Assembly: GCA_964556485.1 (NCBI GenBank)
Contig: CAZKVV010000003.1
Span: 56,610-120,609 of the forward strand
Length of the DNA stretch: 64,000 nt
Reading direction: 5' to 3'
DNA from: an uncultured Pseudomonadales bacterium
GTDB taxonomy: Bacteria > Patescibacteriota > Microgenomatia > UBA1400 > PJMF01
This document shows, one piece after another, positions 46,984 to 56,936 of the stretch (its first letter is position 1; every line of letters begins with the position of its first letter). The notes below the pieces were generated by a model. The model did no database searches and had not been told where the DNA came from. It saw nothing but the letters and a program-made list of their open reading frames with translations. A program made the position numbers and the translations under genes.

Positions 46984-48822
46984 TTATCCGCCAGTGCCCA
47001 CCAAATATTTTGCAGACCAAGGTCTGTAATTTGAATAATACGTATCTTGGTGTAGAACTTCACCAGTGGTAGTTGTAACTGTATGATCAAACTCGGTTTT
47101 GATGCCAGAAACTGCCCAGTCAACCTGCTTTCTTGTTCCTGCCGGCAATGTTGGATCAGGAATAAATTCTGTTGCTAACGCTGGTCTAGTATCCCATTTT
47201 CGATAGTTAGATATTTTTGTAGTTCTGCCATCACTTGTGCCAAACAATTCAATTGTTAAATGCAGGTTGGTGGCGTCATTTTGTGTAAAAATAAGAACAT
47301 GATGTTTGGTATCGTTAATAAAGCGGAAATCGACGTTTCCAGAGTACACAGTGGCGTCAAATCCGGGATCTGAGTTGAGTTCGTAGTACGAAACGCGGTA
47401 ACTGTGTTGCAAGCGACGAGTGACGTCTAAACCTGCGTCGAGTACAGATCGAAACAGCGTAGAACTCACTTGACAGACACCGCCGCCATCACCAAGTTGT
47501 GTTTTGCCACCACTAATAACATAGGCCGGCTTAAAACCAGTTTGAGCGGAAATATCGCCCAACGTTTTATTAAATGAAAATTCTGCTCCAGGTGGAACAA
47601 TGGTTGCATTAATTCGATCTGAAGTAATGCCAACATTATGAATTCTACTAGGAATGCTGTGGTTGTAGTAACTTTCACCAAATCCAATTCTTTCTGTTAT
47701 TCCTAAAGTGTTGGTTTGCGCCAGTGTTTTTTCTGGTTTAACTGTAGAAACAGGGAGTGTTTGTGTTTCGACGATGAACAATGGGTCTGCACTTTTTTTG
47801 TCTGGTATTTGTTCAAGTAAGTCGGTGAGTTGTACAAAAAGGATATCTTTCTCGAGCGCGCGTCCATCTCGGTGGGGTGTGAACTCGGTGACTTTGAGTG
47901 TTTCTTCATCATAGGTAAATACAGCGTTATTAGGCTCTCTAAATATTAATTTTGACCATTCATCAATGTTTCTCTTTATATCGTTAAGTGCTAATACTGT
48001 TGGATATCGCAGGAGTGAAACAATTTCGACGTCAGTAAGTGTAAGCTGTGTGTCTTTATCAAAAGAGAAGGGGATTGAAATTCCCACATATGTTTTGGCA
48101 CGCTCCATAAACTCTGTTTGTTGTTCTATTGAAAGCTCAGTACTAGTTGAAGCAATTGGCGTGTTAGTCTCAAAAATATTTTTTTGGGTGTTTTCAATAA
48201 TTTGCAGAACAGCGTCTTTTTGATCTAAAGCTCTGCCCACAAAACCAGGGTACAAAACCAAACTCTTGGGATTTCCTGATTTTTTTAGAGTTAAGGTAGG
48301 TTCTTTGCCAGCAACATCGGTTTGTTGCGATAATAATAGTACAAATAGTGTTACTTTTTCTGCATCTAGCGTGAGACTACTCGAGAGAACTGTTTTATTT
48401 TTGAAACTAGAAAACAATGTTTTTAATCTGGAAATGATAGTTCCGGTTTTACCATGCTCATAAGCCACATCAACAAGGTAGGGAATGTTTCGATGAATAC
48501 CAAGTTCAGCAGCGGCGCTTGAGATACGAATATCATCAACAAAAGCAGAGATAGTAGCTGCTGGAATTTCTAGGTTTTTGGATTCGAGTAATGCAAGTGC
48601 TTCTTGTTTGGTTTTACCACCAACAATAACACTATCAATAGTAGTGTTTGGAAGAATTTTAGTTTTGAAAGTTCTATCAAGAATAAGCAAACCTACTCCA
48701 AGCAGAGAGATGCCAACTAAAATAGCAACGGATACTTTTGTTTCCCATTTCAACACATCGGTCGGTGTTGGTGCTTGCGCAGCAAACGGTGAGTTCATTA
48801 TGCTATTATAGACGAGTAGCAT
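46984..48822 (-). CDS. VanW-family protein with N-terminal TM
   Basis: 612 aa. C-terminal GDGGGVCQVSSTLFRSVLDAGLDV...YSGNVDFRFINDT matches the VanW core. Confidence 0.65.
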   Translation of the reverse strand: MLLVYNSIMNSPFAAQAPTPTDVLKWETKVSVAILVGISLLGVGLLILDRTFKTKILPNTTIDSVIVGGKTKQEALALLESKNLEIPAATISAFVDDIRISSAAAELGIHRNIPYLVDVAYEHGKTGTIISRLKTLFSSFKNKTVLSSSLTLDAEKVTLFVLLLSQQTDVAGKEPTLTLKKSGNPKSLVLYPGFVGRALDQKDAVLQIIENTQKNIFETNTPIASTSTELSIEQQTEFMERAKTYVGISIPFSFDKDTQLTLTDVEIVSLLRYPTVLALNDIKRNIDEWSKLIFREPNNAVFTYDEETLKVTEFTPHRDGRALEKDILFVQLTDLLEQIPDKKSADPLFIVETQTLPVSTVKPEKTLAQTNTLGITERIGFGESYYNHSIPSRIHNVGITSDRINATIVPPGAEFSFNKTLGDISAQTGFKPAYVISGGKTQLGDGGGVCQVSSTLFRSVLDAGLDVTRRLQHSYRVSYYELNSDPGFDATVYSGNVDFRFINDTKHHVLIFTQNDATNLHLTIELFGTSDGRTTKISNYRKWDTRPALATEFIPDPTLPAGTRKQVDWAVSGIKTEFDHTVTTTTGEVLHQDTYYSNYRPWSAKYLVGTGG

Positions 48823-48880
48823 TCCTAGCAGGAATGCAAAAAAAACGATACACTAGTACTACCAACTGTATGAAAAATGT

Positions 48881-50764
48881 ATGAATAGTCCGCTGCCCAA
48901 ACCAACTGCGCCAATATTACCTCAACAACCGCCGCAGCCGGGCGGAAATCCTCCACAAAAGATGGTGATACCTGCACCGCAACCTATTTCACCACCACAG
49001 CAACCTACACCTTCTATTGTACCTACTCAAGTTGTACCTTCGCCATCTCCAGCACCAGCCGCGCCTCCTGCTGCTCCTGTACCACCTGCACCAAGTAGAA
49101 TGCAAGCTCCAGCTCTTACACCTGCTCCTAAGCAAGGCATTCCTCAGCCCGGTGGTATTGCTCAGTCCCCAAATGCTGTCAACTCACCGATGCCTCCAAG
49201 AGCCTTATCTGCACTTTCATCCATGACTAGTTCAACTATTCCTCAAAACACTGTGAAAGGTTTAACTCAAGACCCACTCGCAGTAACCTCACAACCTCCC
49301 TTACCACTACAGTCAGGCTCTATTCCTGCACCAGTTGGTCTAGCAGGAGCACCTACGGCAAAAAATGGCGGTTCTAAGCCTAAATTTGCCACGGCAGAGC
49401 GACCATACATGAAGTTTGTGGTAATGGGTGTCGTAGGTTTATTAGTTGTTGGAATTATTGGATTAGTGCTTTCGAGAGTATTTGGTGGCGATGGCGGCGG
49501 AAATTCTGTTACAGTCGATAAACCAAGTGATGGCACTGGTGGTTCAACAGGTAGACAAACCGTTCCATCTCAGCAAACCACTGTAGAGTACTGGGGACTT
49601 TGGGAACCAAACGAAGTTATGGCAGAAGTCATTGCCGAGTTTGAGTCAGAAAACCCAACGGTTAAAGTGGTATACAGCAAACAGTCACATCTTAATTATC
49701 GAGAAAGACTCCAAACAGCCATTGCTTCAGGCAATGGGCCAGATGTGTTTAGATTTCACGCATCTTGGGTGCCGATGTTAGCTGCAGAACTCAAGCCCAT
49801 TCCCGCTTCAATAATGACTGCAGCGGAGTACAAATCAACCTACTATCCGGTGGCAACATCGCAATTACAGGTAAATGGTCAATACGTTGGTGTGCCAATG
49901 ATGTACGACGGGTTGGCTTTGCTCTACAACAAGGAAATGTTTAAAACAGCAGGTGTAGAAGTCCCAACCGATTGGGGTGGTATTAAAGAAGTCGCCACAA
50001 AATTAGTGGTGAAGGGTTCTGATGGCAAAGTTTCTCGAGGTGGAATTGCCATGGGAAATGCAACGAATGTCGATCATTTTGCTGACATTTTAGGTTTGTT
50101 GATGTTGCAGAATGGTGCAGATTTAACTAAGCCAAGCAGTCAAGAAGTCGCTGATGCCTTAACTTTCTTTACCAGTTTCCAGACAGATGATGGTGTATGG
50201 AGTTCAGAATTACCAAATTCTACCGTTGCTTTTGCTCGGGGAGAGGTCGCTATGATCTTAGCACCTTCTTGGAGAATCCATGAGATTTTAGCAGCAAATC
50301 CAGATCTAGACTTTGGTGTTTCTACAGTTCCAATGGTTGATGAGCGGTTGGCTTGGGCAACCTACTGGGCTGAGGGAATAAATGCTAAAAGTAAAAATCA
50401 AGAGCCTGCTGCAGCTTTCTTAAAGTATCTCACTAAAAAAGAGACACTGCAAAAGTTTTACACAGCATCAAGTAAAGTGCGTGCCTTTGGCGAACTGTAT
50501 CCTCGAGTGGATATGGCTGAAGGTCTTGCTGAAAACGAGTACGTGGCTCCATATCTCGCAGATGCACCCTATGCTAAATCCTGGTACTTAAGCTCTAATA
50601 CTTTTGATAATGGAATTAACGATCAACTTATCAAGTACTACCAAGATGCAGTAACCTCCATGGTTGTCGAAGGCAAAAAAGCAACCAATGCACTGGAAAC
50701 GGTCAATCAAGGTACAACTCAAGTGTTGCGCCAGTATGGCGTGAGTGGAGCATTGTCGAGGTAG
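48881..50764 (+). CDS. ABC transporter substrate-binding protein (family-1, sugar-type) with Pro-rich N-terminal extension and TM anchor
   Basis: N-terminal PQPG-rich 170 aa, TM (FVVMGVVGLLVVGIIGLVL), then TVEYWGLWEPNEVMAEVIAEFESENPTVKVVY, an SBP_bac_1-like domain. Confidence 0.65.
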   Translation: MNSPLPKPTAPILPQQPPQPGGNPPQKMVIPAPQPISPPQQPTPSIVPTQVVPSPSPAPAAPPAAPVPPAPSRMQAPALTPAPKQGIPQPGGIAQSPNAVNSPMPPRALSALSSMTSSTIPQNTVKGLTQDPLAVTSQPPLPLQSGSIPAPVGLAGAPTAKNGGSKPKFATAERPYMKFVVMGVVGLLVVGIIGLVLSRVFGGDGGGNSVTVDKPSDGTGGSTGRQTVPSQQTTVEYWGLWEPNEVMAEVIAEFESENPTVKVVYSKQSHLNYRERLQTAIASGNGPDVFRFHASWVPMLAAELKPIPASIMTAAEYKSTYYPVATSQLQVNGQYVGVPMMYDGLALLYNKEMFKTAGVEVPTDWGGIKEVATKLVVKGSDGKVSRGGIAMGNATNVDHFADILGLLMLQNGADLTKPSSQEVADALTFFTSFQTDDGVWSSELPNSTVAFARGEVAMILAPSWRIHEILAANPDLDFGVSTVPMVDERLAWATYWAEGINAKSKNQEPAAAFLKYLTKKETLQKFYTASSKVRAFGELYPRVDMAEGLAENEYVAPYLADAPYAKSWYLSSNTFDNGINDQLIKYYQDAVTSMVVEGKKATNALETVNQGTTQVLRQYGVSGALSR

Positions 50765-50867
50765 AAAATCCTTTTCGTCTTTTTAGACTCATCAGCACGA
50801 CTACACAGTCGTGGAAGGTGGGCGAGCTTTGCAGCTCGCCCAAATTATTTTACTTTAACTTTTTTAT

Positions 50868-51206
50868 TTACCGGGCGACGAGCATCAGTAGGGGAATTGC
50901 GATAATAAGGGCAACAACCACGTTTTGTTCAAACTGTGGGTTGCGGTCTTGAATCGCTTCACGGAGCGATTTTCCCATCAGGTATTTGGCCGCCATATCG
51001 ATGACGATCCAACCCCAGCCTAAAGTAAACACAAGCCACGTAAATACCGTGGCAAATGCGGCTGGGATCCGAGAAATGGATTCCCAGTAGGCTGCTGGAT
51101 CCTGCAAGATGCCTATGACCAGAAAGATGAGCATTAATGCGCCGATAACGTAGCGCATTTTTTTGTTATAACGATTTCCGTTGCCAGGAAGATTATTTTT
51201 TTCCAT
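50868..51206 (-). CDS. small two-TM membrane protein
   Basis: 112 aa. AGGAG RBS 9 nt upstream of the ATG at 51204-51206. Confidence 0.4.
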   Translation of the reverse strand: MEKNNLPGNGNRYNKKMRYVIGALMLIFLVIGILQDPAAYWESISRIPAAFATVFTWLVFTLGWGWIVIDMAAKYLMGKSLREAIQDRNPQFEQNVVVALIIAIPLLMLVAR

Positions 51207-51233
51207 TTTTTTATCTCCTAAAAGATAGGTTGA

Positions 51234-51260
51234 TTTCCCTGCGACAAAGTCGCAGGGAAA
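51234..51260 (-). terminator. 12-bp GC-rich hairpin between the PspA-like gene and the small membrane gene
   Basis: TTTCCCTGCGAC, loop AAA, GTCGCAGGGAAA. Modest U-run after it on the minus strand. Confidence 0.4.
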
Positions 51261-51308
51261 TCAGTAGATTGGTTAAAAATTTAAAACGATACGCCTAGAT
51301 TGCGATGA

Positions 51309-52085
51309 CTACTTGCCCATCCACTGGGCAATGAGGTCATCATTCGCCTGCGCGCGTTCGCGAGCAGCAATTTCTTCATCCAGGGTGACCGGTTTTTCGT
51401 CAATCAAACGACCAGCCTGCTCGCGCAAGGCGGCCATCTGAGCAGCACTTTGCAGCTCGGCGCGCAAGTTCTGCGCGTCAGCAATGGTATTGCTATTGTT
51501 GCGGCCAGCATCGCGGTCCGCAGCTTCTTCTGCTTTTTTGGCATCTGCCAATTGCGCAAGCCACATCGGACCCTCAGCTTCCAAAGCAGCGTATTCTTCA
51601 CGCATGCTCTTCAGCTTGGCATTACGCTCTTCAAAGCGAGCTTGCCATTGTGCATGAACGCCTTCAGCGCTGGCGAGTTGCGATTGGACAGCGCGCACAT
51701 TTGCGGCGTCCTTATTCAACTCTTCCAGAAGTGCACTTTGGCGAGTTTTGTCGCCGCGTTGTGTCGTGCCAGCTTCAATCCGAGTCATAATTTCTTTCAG
51801 CTCGGCAGCATCACGCTCACCTTCCTCGCTGTAGCGAGCAAGCCGCGTGCGCAGATCGGTCAGTGAACCTTGACCCGTTTCCGGGTTCAGGTATTTCGCC
51901 ATTTCTGCGTACGCTTCTTTAGTGTTCTCGCGCTGCATCGCGATTTCACTATTGAAGGCCTTGAGCATCTGAGCCAAAGCTTCAGCTGGTGTGACAGATG
52001 TGCTCAAAAAATTCTGAAAACGATCGAATTGCACCGACAGAATTTGGCTCACTTTCAACTTGATTACCGGGTTTTGGTTGGTCAT
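51309..52085 (-). CDS. coiled-coil protein, PspA/IM30-like candidate
   Basis: 258 aa, almost entirely helical with heptad-like charge pattern. About 57% GC versus about 42% for the window. Confidence 0.35.
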   Translation of the reverse strand: MTNQNPVIKLKVSQILSVQFDRFQNFLSTSVTPAEALAQMLKAFNSEIAMQRENTKEAYAEMAKYLNPETGQGSLTDLRTRLARYSEEGERDAAELKEIMTRIEAGTTQRGDKTRQSALLEELNKDAANVRAVQSQLASAEGVHAQWQARFEERNAKLKSMREEYAALEAEGPMWLAQLADAKKAEEAADRDAGRNNSNTIADAQNLRAELQSAAQMAALREQAGRLIDEKPVTLDEEIAARERAQANDDLIAQWMGK

Positions 52086-52147
52086 TTTGTTTCCTTTTTC
52101 GATTATTGGGAATTGGGGTTGATAAAATTGGTAAAGCTTGGTTTAAA

Positions 52148-52984
52148 CTAAACGAGATCTTCGACTTCCACTTCTGGATCGAAATCTCGCAAAATGTACA
52201 GCCCGTGGTTGCCTACGCCACCGCGGACTTGCGCGAACAATAAAAATTCACCGGAGGAATCATCTTTAGACAACAAGAACGACATTTGAGTTGTTCCTGT
52301 TTCAGAACCAAAGCGGTTTTCACCGCTGGTCTGACAATTTGTCCAAAGAATATCGGTGCACCGCCATTGTTGATCACTCAGACCTGGGTAGTTAAAAACT
52401 ACTCGGGCTGATTGATTTGATTTGGCAAATGCTTTCCCGTGTTCAGCGAGGTACGTGGTTGGGGCTTGTTCAGCCTTGTCCGTGACCTCCTCACCCATAA
52501 ACCACTGCCAGTTGCCACCTTCCTTGTTGGGAAGATAGGCAATGATCTGGCCGTTGTTTAGGGTGATCCATGGAAACTCTGGCAAGGGTTTGTCAGAGCG
52601 AGGATCCACATGTACCTTATTTTTTGGATTGCCATCAAAGCTTTCCAATTTCAAAAGTACATGGGTGCCTGCAACCGTATGACGGTTGCCCATGATCGTC
52701 AACATGTCCCTAGGCTTTGCAGTTTTAAGCTGGGAAGCTTTGGAGACATGCTGTGTGATTTTTTCAATTTCTTTTTCAACAGCAGCAGTCTTATCTTTTT
52801 GCCTGGTTTGAACAGACAGCGGCACGCCAAAGGGCCACCACTTGTATATCCAAATTCCCAAGCCTGTGGTTGGGTTGTATAAACCATACCCAACTACCAA
52901 GACAGCTGAAATTGCTGGGCCAACAAGGCACAGCAATAAGAAACCTAAAACTTGAAGAAATTCAAGCATGTTTCCTCCTACCAA
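52148..52984 (-). CDS. membrane-anchored hypothetical protein
   Basis: 278 aa. N-terminal hydrophobic segment, then a soluble domain. Confidence 0.4.
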   Translation of the reverse strand: MVGGNMLEFLQVLGFLLLCLVGPAISAVLVVGYGLYNPTTGLGIWIYKWWPFGVPLSVQTRQKDKTAAVEKEIEKITQHVSKASQLKTAKPRDMLTIMGNRHTVAGTHVLLKLESFDGNPKNKVHVDPRSDKPLPEFPWITLNNGQIIAYLPNKEGGNWQWFMGEEVTDKAEQAPTTYLAEHGKAFAKSNQSARVVFNYPGLSDQQWRCTDILWTNCQTSGENRFGSETGTTQMSFLLSKDDSSGEFLLFAQVRGGVGNHGLYILRDFDPEVEVEDLV

Positions 52985-54861
52985 TCAGAATCGGATCCGC
53001 TTCCATAATCGGAATCAGATCCTCCTCCATAGTCGGAATCACTTCCACCGCCATAGCTTCCGCCAGAAGAGCTGTCGCTCGACCAGCTATTGCTAGAAGA
53101 ACCGCCACTGCTGTAATCAAAAGATGACGATTCACTAGCTTGCCTAGCTGCCTCAGCTGCACGTTCTGCTGCTCTTTCAGCAGCTTCCTCTGCAGCGAGA
53201 CGTTGTCGCTCTTGCTCTTCTTGATAATCTTCATACGCACCATAAGCTCTACTTCCTGTGCCATATACTACTGTAGCGGCACTGTTAGCTTCGCTTACGG
53301 CGGGTTCAAACTTTCTTGAAGAAGCGTTCAGGCGGGCGGAAGATAGCAACGACTCGGCGCGATCAAAGTCTGATTTTGCCGAGTATGAGTACGATCCGTA
53401 CGAATTAACGCGCGGTCTTTCAGCAGAAATTGCTGATGAAGCCCGGCTTTCAGCGTTTGGCCATTCGCTACGGTAAGATTCTAGGCTCAACGTTTTGTTA
53501 ATGACGTCTTGCGCAAGATTTTTAGCCGTATTGAGTTCGCCAATTGCTGATTGCGTTTGTCGGTACGCATCATTGAAACGTTGCGTATCAAGTGCTAAGT
53601 ATTCCCGGGCAGTTAGAACTCGGTTGTTTGCCGAAGCTATTAACGAGTTTGCCTGAGTCACATTAGTCGCAATACTAACCCAAGTTGAATTGGCATGCTT
53701 GCTGTCCAGTGTAACCTGTGACACTTCAGCATGATCAACTACTGTCTGGGCAGATTGAGCAAGATTAACCAGACTTATTAGGTCTGTATGTGCCAATCTT
53801 GCACTTTCGACTTCTGTGTTTGCACTTGATTTTGCCGAAGCCGAAGCAGCTATTGAGGCTACTGCAGCTTCATAAGCAACAGGATAATCTACATAGCCAT
53901 CCAACGAGTCATTGAGTGTCGCTTGCGCTAACTCAAGTTGGGTACTGGCTGTGAAGAGCTGATTCTCAGCATCATCAAGCCAATATCCGGTTGCTTGTTG
54001 AATGGCAGCAACGTGATTTTCTGAATCACGCAGCGCTGTGACAGCTTGCTGCGCTTTGGGACCAGCTTCAAGCTTTGTTGTTGCTTGATAGTCCAGTCCC
54101 GCAGTGACCTGTTCCATCAGGGCGTTGATTTCATCAACTTCAATCTTGGCTTGATCCAGACTATGGATTGCCGAGAAAGGATCACCGGTGTGATCATTTG
54201 CCCCAACGGGCGGCAGGTATGAATCGGCTAATGCTAATTCATTTCTTGCCTTTTGGTTCTGCGATGCAGCAGTTTGCAACTTTTCTGAAAGTGGCGTTGT
54301 ATATTTTGGTTGATACAACGCATTCTGATTGTCGTAGCGCGACTGAACTTGCCCGTAGGCAGCTGACGCGGCATCGACATCCTCAACTGTTGATGTGAAA
54401 AGTGCAAAAGCAGTTTCCTGTAGGCGTTGGTTATCATCGAGATTGATCTCGATTTCCCACAGGATTGTCTCGGCTTGTTCAGCCAGACTCGCTGCCTCCT
54501 TCGCATTCTCAAGCCGTTGGTTTGCGCCAGCTACGTTGCCCGACAAAAGTGCTTTTGCTGACTCAATGGTTGAGTCCAGCTCCACAAATTTGTCCGGTAT
54601 CGCTTCGACATATTCTGTTTCAAACCAAGAGCTTTCGCTTCGATCACGCTCAACAAGGTTGTTCTGGGCAATTTCAACTACGGATATGGCATTTTGTGCC
54701 GATTCCGTAGTGGATTTGATCACCCAGCCTGGGATACTAAATAAAAGCAAGTATCCCAGCAACATAATGCTGAACGCAATCCCTTGCGAGAGTGCGAAGT
54801 TTTGCACACTTTTCCCACTCCAGGAGATGATTTCATCAAGTCTAAACTTGAATTCTTCCAT
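52978..54861 (-). CDS. membrane-anchored helical protein with C-terminal Gly/Ser/Asp/Tyr repeat tail
   Basis: 627 aa. N-terminal TM (IAFSIMLLGYLLLFSIPGWV). Long alpha-helical ectodomain. Tail GGSYGGGSDSDYGGGSDSDYGSGSDSDW, reminiscent of TPM/YgcG-type tails. Confidence 0.45.
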   Translation of the reverse strand: MEEFKFRLDEIISWSGKSVQNFALSQGIAFSIMLLGYLLLFSIPGWVIKSTTESAQNAISVVEIAQNNLVERDRSESSWFETEYVEAIPDKFVELDSTIESAKALLSGNVAGANQRLENAKEAASLAEQAETILWEIEINLDDNQRLQETAFALFTSTVEDVDAASAAYGQVQSRYDNQNALYQPKYTTPLSEKLQTAASQNQKARNELALADSYLPPVGANDHTGDPFSAIHSLDQAKIEVDEINALMEQVTAGLDYQATTKLEAGPKAQQAVTALRDSENHVAAIQQATGYWLDDAENQLFTASTQLELAQATLNDSLDGYVDYPVAYEAAVASIAASASAKSSANTEVESARLAHTDLISLVNLAQSAQTVVDHAEVSQVTLDSKHANSTWVSIATNVTQANSLIASANNRVLTAREYLALDTQRFNDAYRQTQSAIGELNTAKNLAQDVINKTLSLESYRSEWPNAESRASSAISAERPRVNSYGSYSYSAKSDFDRAESLLSSARLNASSRKFEPAVSEANSAATVVYGTGSRAYGAYEDYQEEQERQRLAAEEAAERAAERAAEAARQASESSSFDYSSGGSSSNSWSSDSSSGGSYGGGSDSDYGGGSDSDYGSGSDSDW

Positions 54862-55090
54862 TGATTTCTCCTTTTTTGGAAAAGATTGATAAAATTATTG
54901 TTCGTTGGCAACCTCCAGGTGCCAATAACGAAAAATTTTTTAAAAAGTTAAAGTTTTTAAAGAACTAAAGGTCGCACTACCTTGGAACCAAAGGACAATT
55001 AAGTCCAGGGTTCAAGTCATGAAACCAACCTGTATTGTAGCATAAAACATCCTAAATGTAAATACTATGGGTTAATGTTATACTTCCACC

Positions 55091-56023
55091 ATGCACTCAT
55101 TGCAGCAATCAATGCTCATGTCTCTGGCTTACACCAGTCAATTTGAGTACCCACTCACTCCACAAGAGCTGTACACCAGGCTAATTAGCTCAAAAAGTAT
55201 CTCTGTAGACCAGTATCAAGCTGCGCTTTTGACACTCATTTCTCAAAACTATATTCAGCTCATTTCTGTCGAGCAACAGGAGTTTTTAGTGCTCAAAAAC
55301 GCACAGCAAAATTACGCTCGCACTCAAACAACCACCCGCCTGCAACGTCAGGCATTTTCAGCAAAAAAATGGCAAGAAATTATTCCTATCATCACCTTTT
55401 TACAATTTTTACCAGGTATTTCAGGCGTGTTGATCACCGGTTCACTTGCCATGAACAATGCTACAAAAAATGATGATGTTGATTTTTTGATTATCACCAA
55501 ACCTCACATGCTGTGGATACTTAGACCATTAGTAGTGGGGTATTCGTGGATTTTTGGAAAACGACGTTCTTGGCAAAAAGAAGAAAAGAATAGTTGGTGT
55601 TTTAATTTATGGCTGGATGAAAATCATCTTCAAATGCCACTGCAATCACGTTCAATTTACACTGCATACGAGCTCTACCAGGCTAAATGGTTGGTGGGAA
55701 TGCCTCAACTCGTAGCCTCGTACTACACTCAAAATAGCTGGGCTGGTACGCTGCTTCCGCAGTATTCTCTCCAAGTTGCAGCACAAACAATAGCTGCGCT
55801 GAGGCAAAATAGCCATGTTGTTCTCTCACTTTTCACTCCACTGGCAACACTACTGAGTTACTTGTTGGCACCTTTCAACGTACTGCTGTTCTTATTCCAA
55901 CACTTTTATATGTTGCCACACAAAACTACCGAGCGGGTAGGGTATGGCTATGCCTTTTTTCACCCGCGCAACACTAAACAACTCATCTTTACACGCTGGA
56001 AAGAAGCACTGCTGCAGCTATAA
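55091..56023 (+). CDS. nucleotidyltransferase-fold hypothetical protein
   Basis: GISGVLITGSLAMNNATKNDDVDFLII resembles a minimal NTase G[SG]...D.D motif. Confidence 0.35.
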   Translation: MHSLQQSMLMSLAYTSQFEYPLTPQELYTRLISSKSISVDQYQAALLTLISQNYIQLISVEQQEFLVLKNAQQNYARTQTTTRLQRQAFSAKKWQEIIPIITFLQFLPGISGVLITGSLAMNNATKNDDVDFLIITKPHMLWILRPLVVGYSWIFGKRRSWQKEEKNSWCFNLWLDENHLQMPLQSRSIYTAYELYQAKWLVGMPQLVASYYTQNSWAGTLLPQYSLQVAAQTIAALRQNSHVVLSLFTPLATLLSYLLAPFNVLLFLFQHFYMLPHKTTERVGYGYAFFHPRNTKQLIFTRWKEALLQL

Positions 56024-56031
56024 TTGCTGGT

Positions 56032-56553
56032 ATGCCTCAACGCCAAATCACTCATGTTCCTGCGGAAAGCTATAAATATCAGTCGGCATTTATGGTTCCC
56101 ACACCTCTGGCAGATTTTCTAATGGCTGCAGATGGCACTAGGGTTGTGTTGGTAACCGGCGTTTTTGACGTACTGCATCAAGAACATCTGGTTTTTTTAG
56201 AAAAAGCTAAAGAATTGGGTGATGTATTAGTAGTTTGCATTGAGTCAGACGTGCGAGTTCGCCAGATTAAAGGGCCAGATCGACCTCATTTTTCTGAATT
56301 TGAGCGAAAGCACCATCTGGATGAACTAGAAATTGCCGACATGGTCGTGATTCTGCCAGACGAATTTTCTCAACCATTACATCATCAAACCTTTATTTCC
56401 CAAATTCAGCCAGATTTTCTTGCTGTTTCCTCACATACCGCTCATCTTGATAAAAAACAGGCAATTATGTCGCTACATGGCGGAAAAGTAGTGGTTGTAC
56501 ACGAGCATAATCCTGACGAATCTACGTCACAACTGCTTTCTAGGTCAAGCTGA
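56032..56553 (+). CDS. cytidylyltransferase-like (HxGH) nucleotidyltransferase
   Basis: VVLVTGVFDVLHQEHLVFLEKAK (GxFDxxHxGH-type motif). Confidence 0.5.
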   Translation: MPQRQITHVPAESYKYQSAFMVPTPLADFLMAADGTRVVLVTGVFDVLHQEHLVFLEKAKELGDVLVVCIESDVRVRQIKGPDRPHFSEFERKHHLDELEIADMVVILPDEFSQPLHHQTFISQIQPDFLAVSSHTAHLDKKQAIMSLHGGKVVVVHEHNPDESTSQLLSRSS

Positions 56554-56618
56554 ACTTGTACAAAGGCCTCCTTCTGCAGCATACTAGCGGTAGTACTTCT
56601 TAGCTGAAAGGTCGTTTC

Positions 56619-56927
56619 ATGAAGAACATGTTATTGGTGGTGATTGGATGTGGGGTACTGCTTGGAGCCTGCGTTAATACTACAAACTCAACAACTGCGG
56701 GTGAAGCAGAACAAACTCCCATTTTAGCTGTTGAAGAAAAGCGAGGTGATACTACCAAATCGGGAATGCTGCTCAAAAAAGGTGACACGTACTTTATTCA
56801 ATCTCCAGCTGGTGAAATGGACGAAGTTGAAAGCTATGCAGTAGAACTAAGCGATTTTGTAGGAAAGCAAGTTACCGTAACGGGACAGTATAGTGGTGAT
56901 ACGCTGTTTGTAGGAAAAATAGAGTAG
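56619..56927 (+). CDS. small lipoprotein
   Basis: Lipobox LLGAC at the signal-peptide end. Confidence 0.4.
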   Translation: MKNMLLVVIGCGVLLGACVNTTNSTTAGEAEQTPILAVEEKRGDTTKSGMLLKKGDTYFIQSPAGEMDEVESYAVELSDFVGKQVTVTGQYSGDTLFVGKIE

Positions 56928-56936
56928 AGTGAAGTA

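Noticed and set aside
54960-55035. GGTTCAAGTC T-loop-like string suggesting a tRNA
   Set aside because: No complementary T-stem or acceptor stem could be built on either strand.
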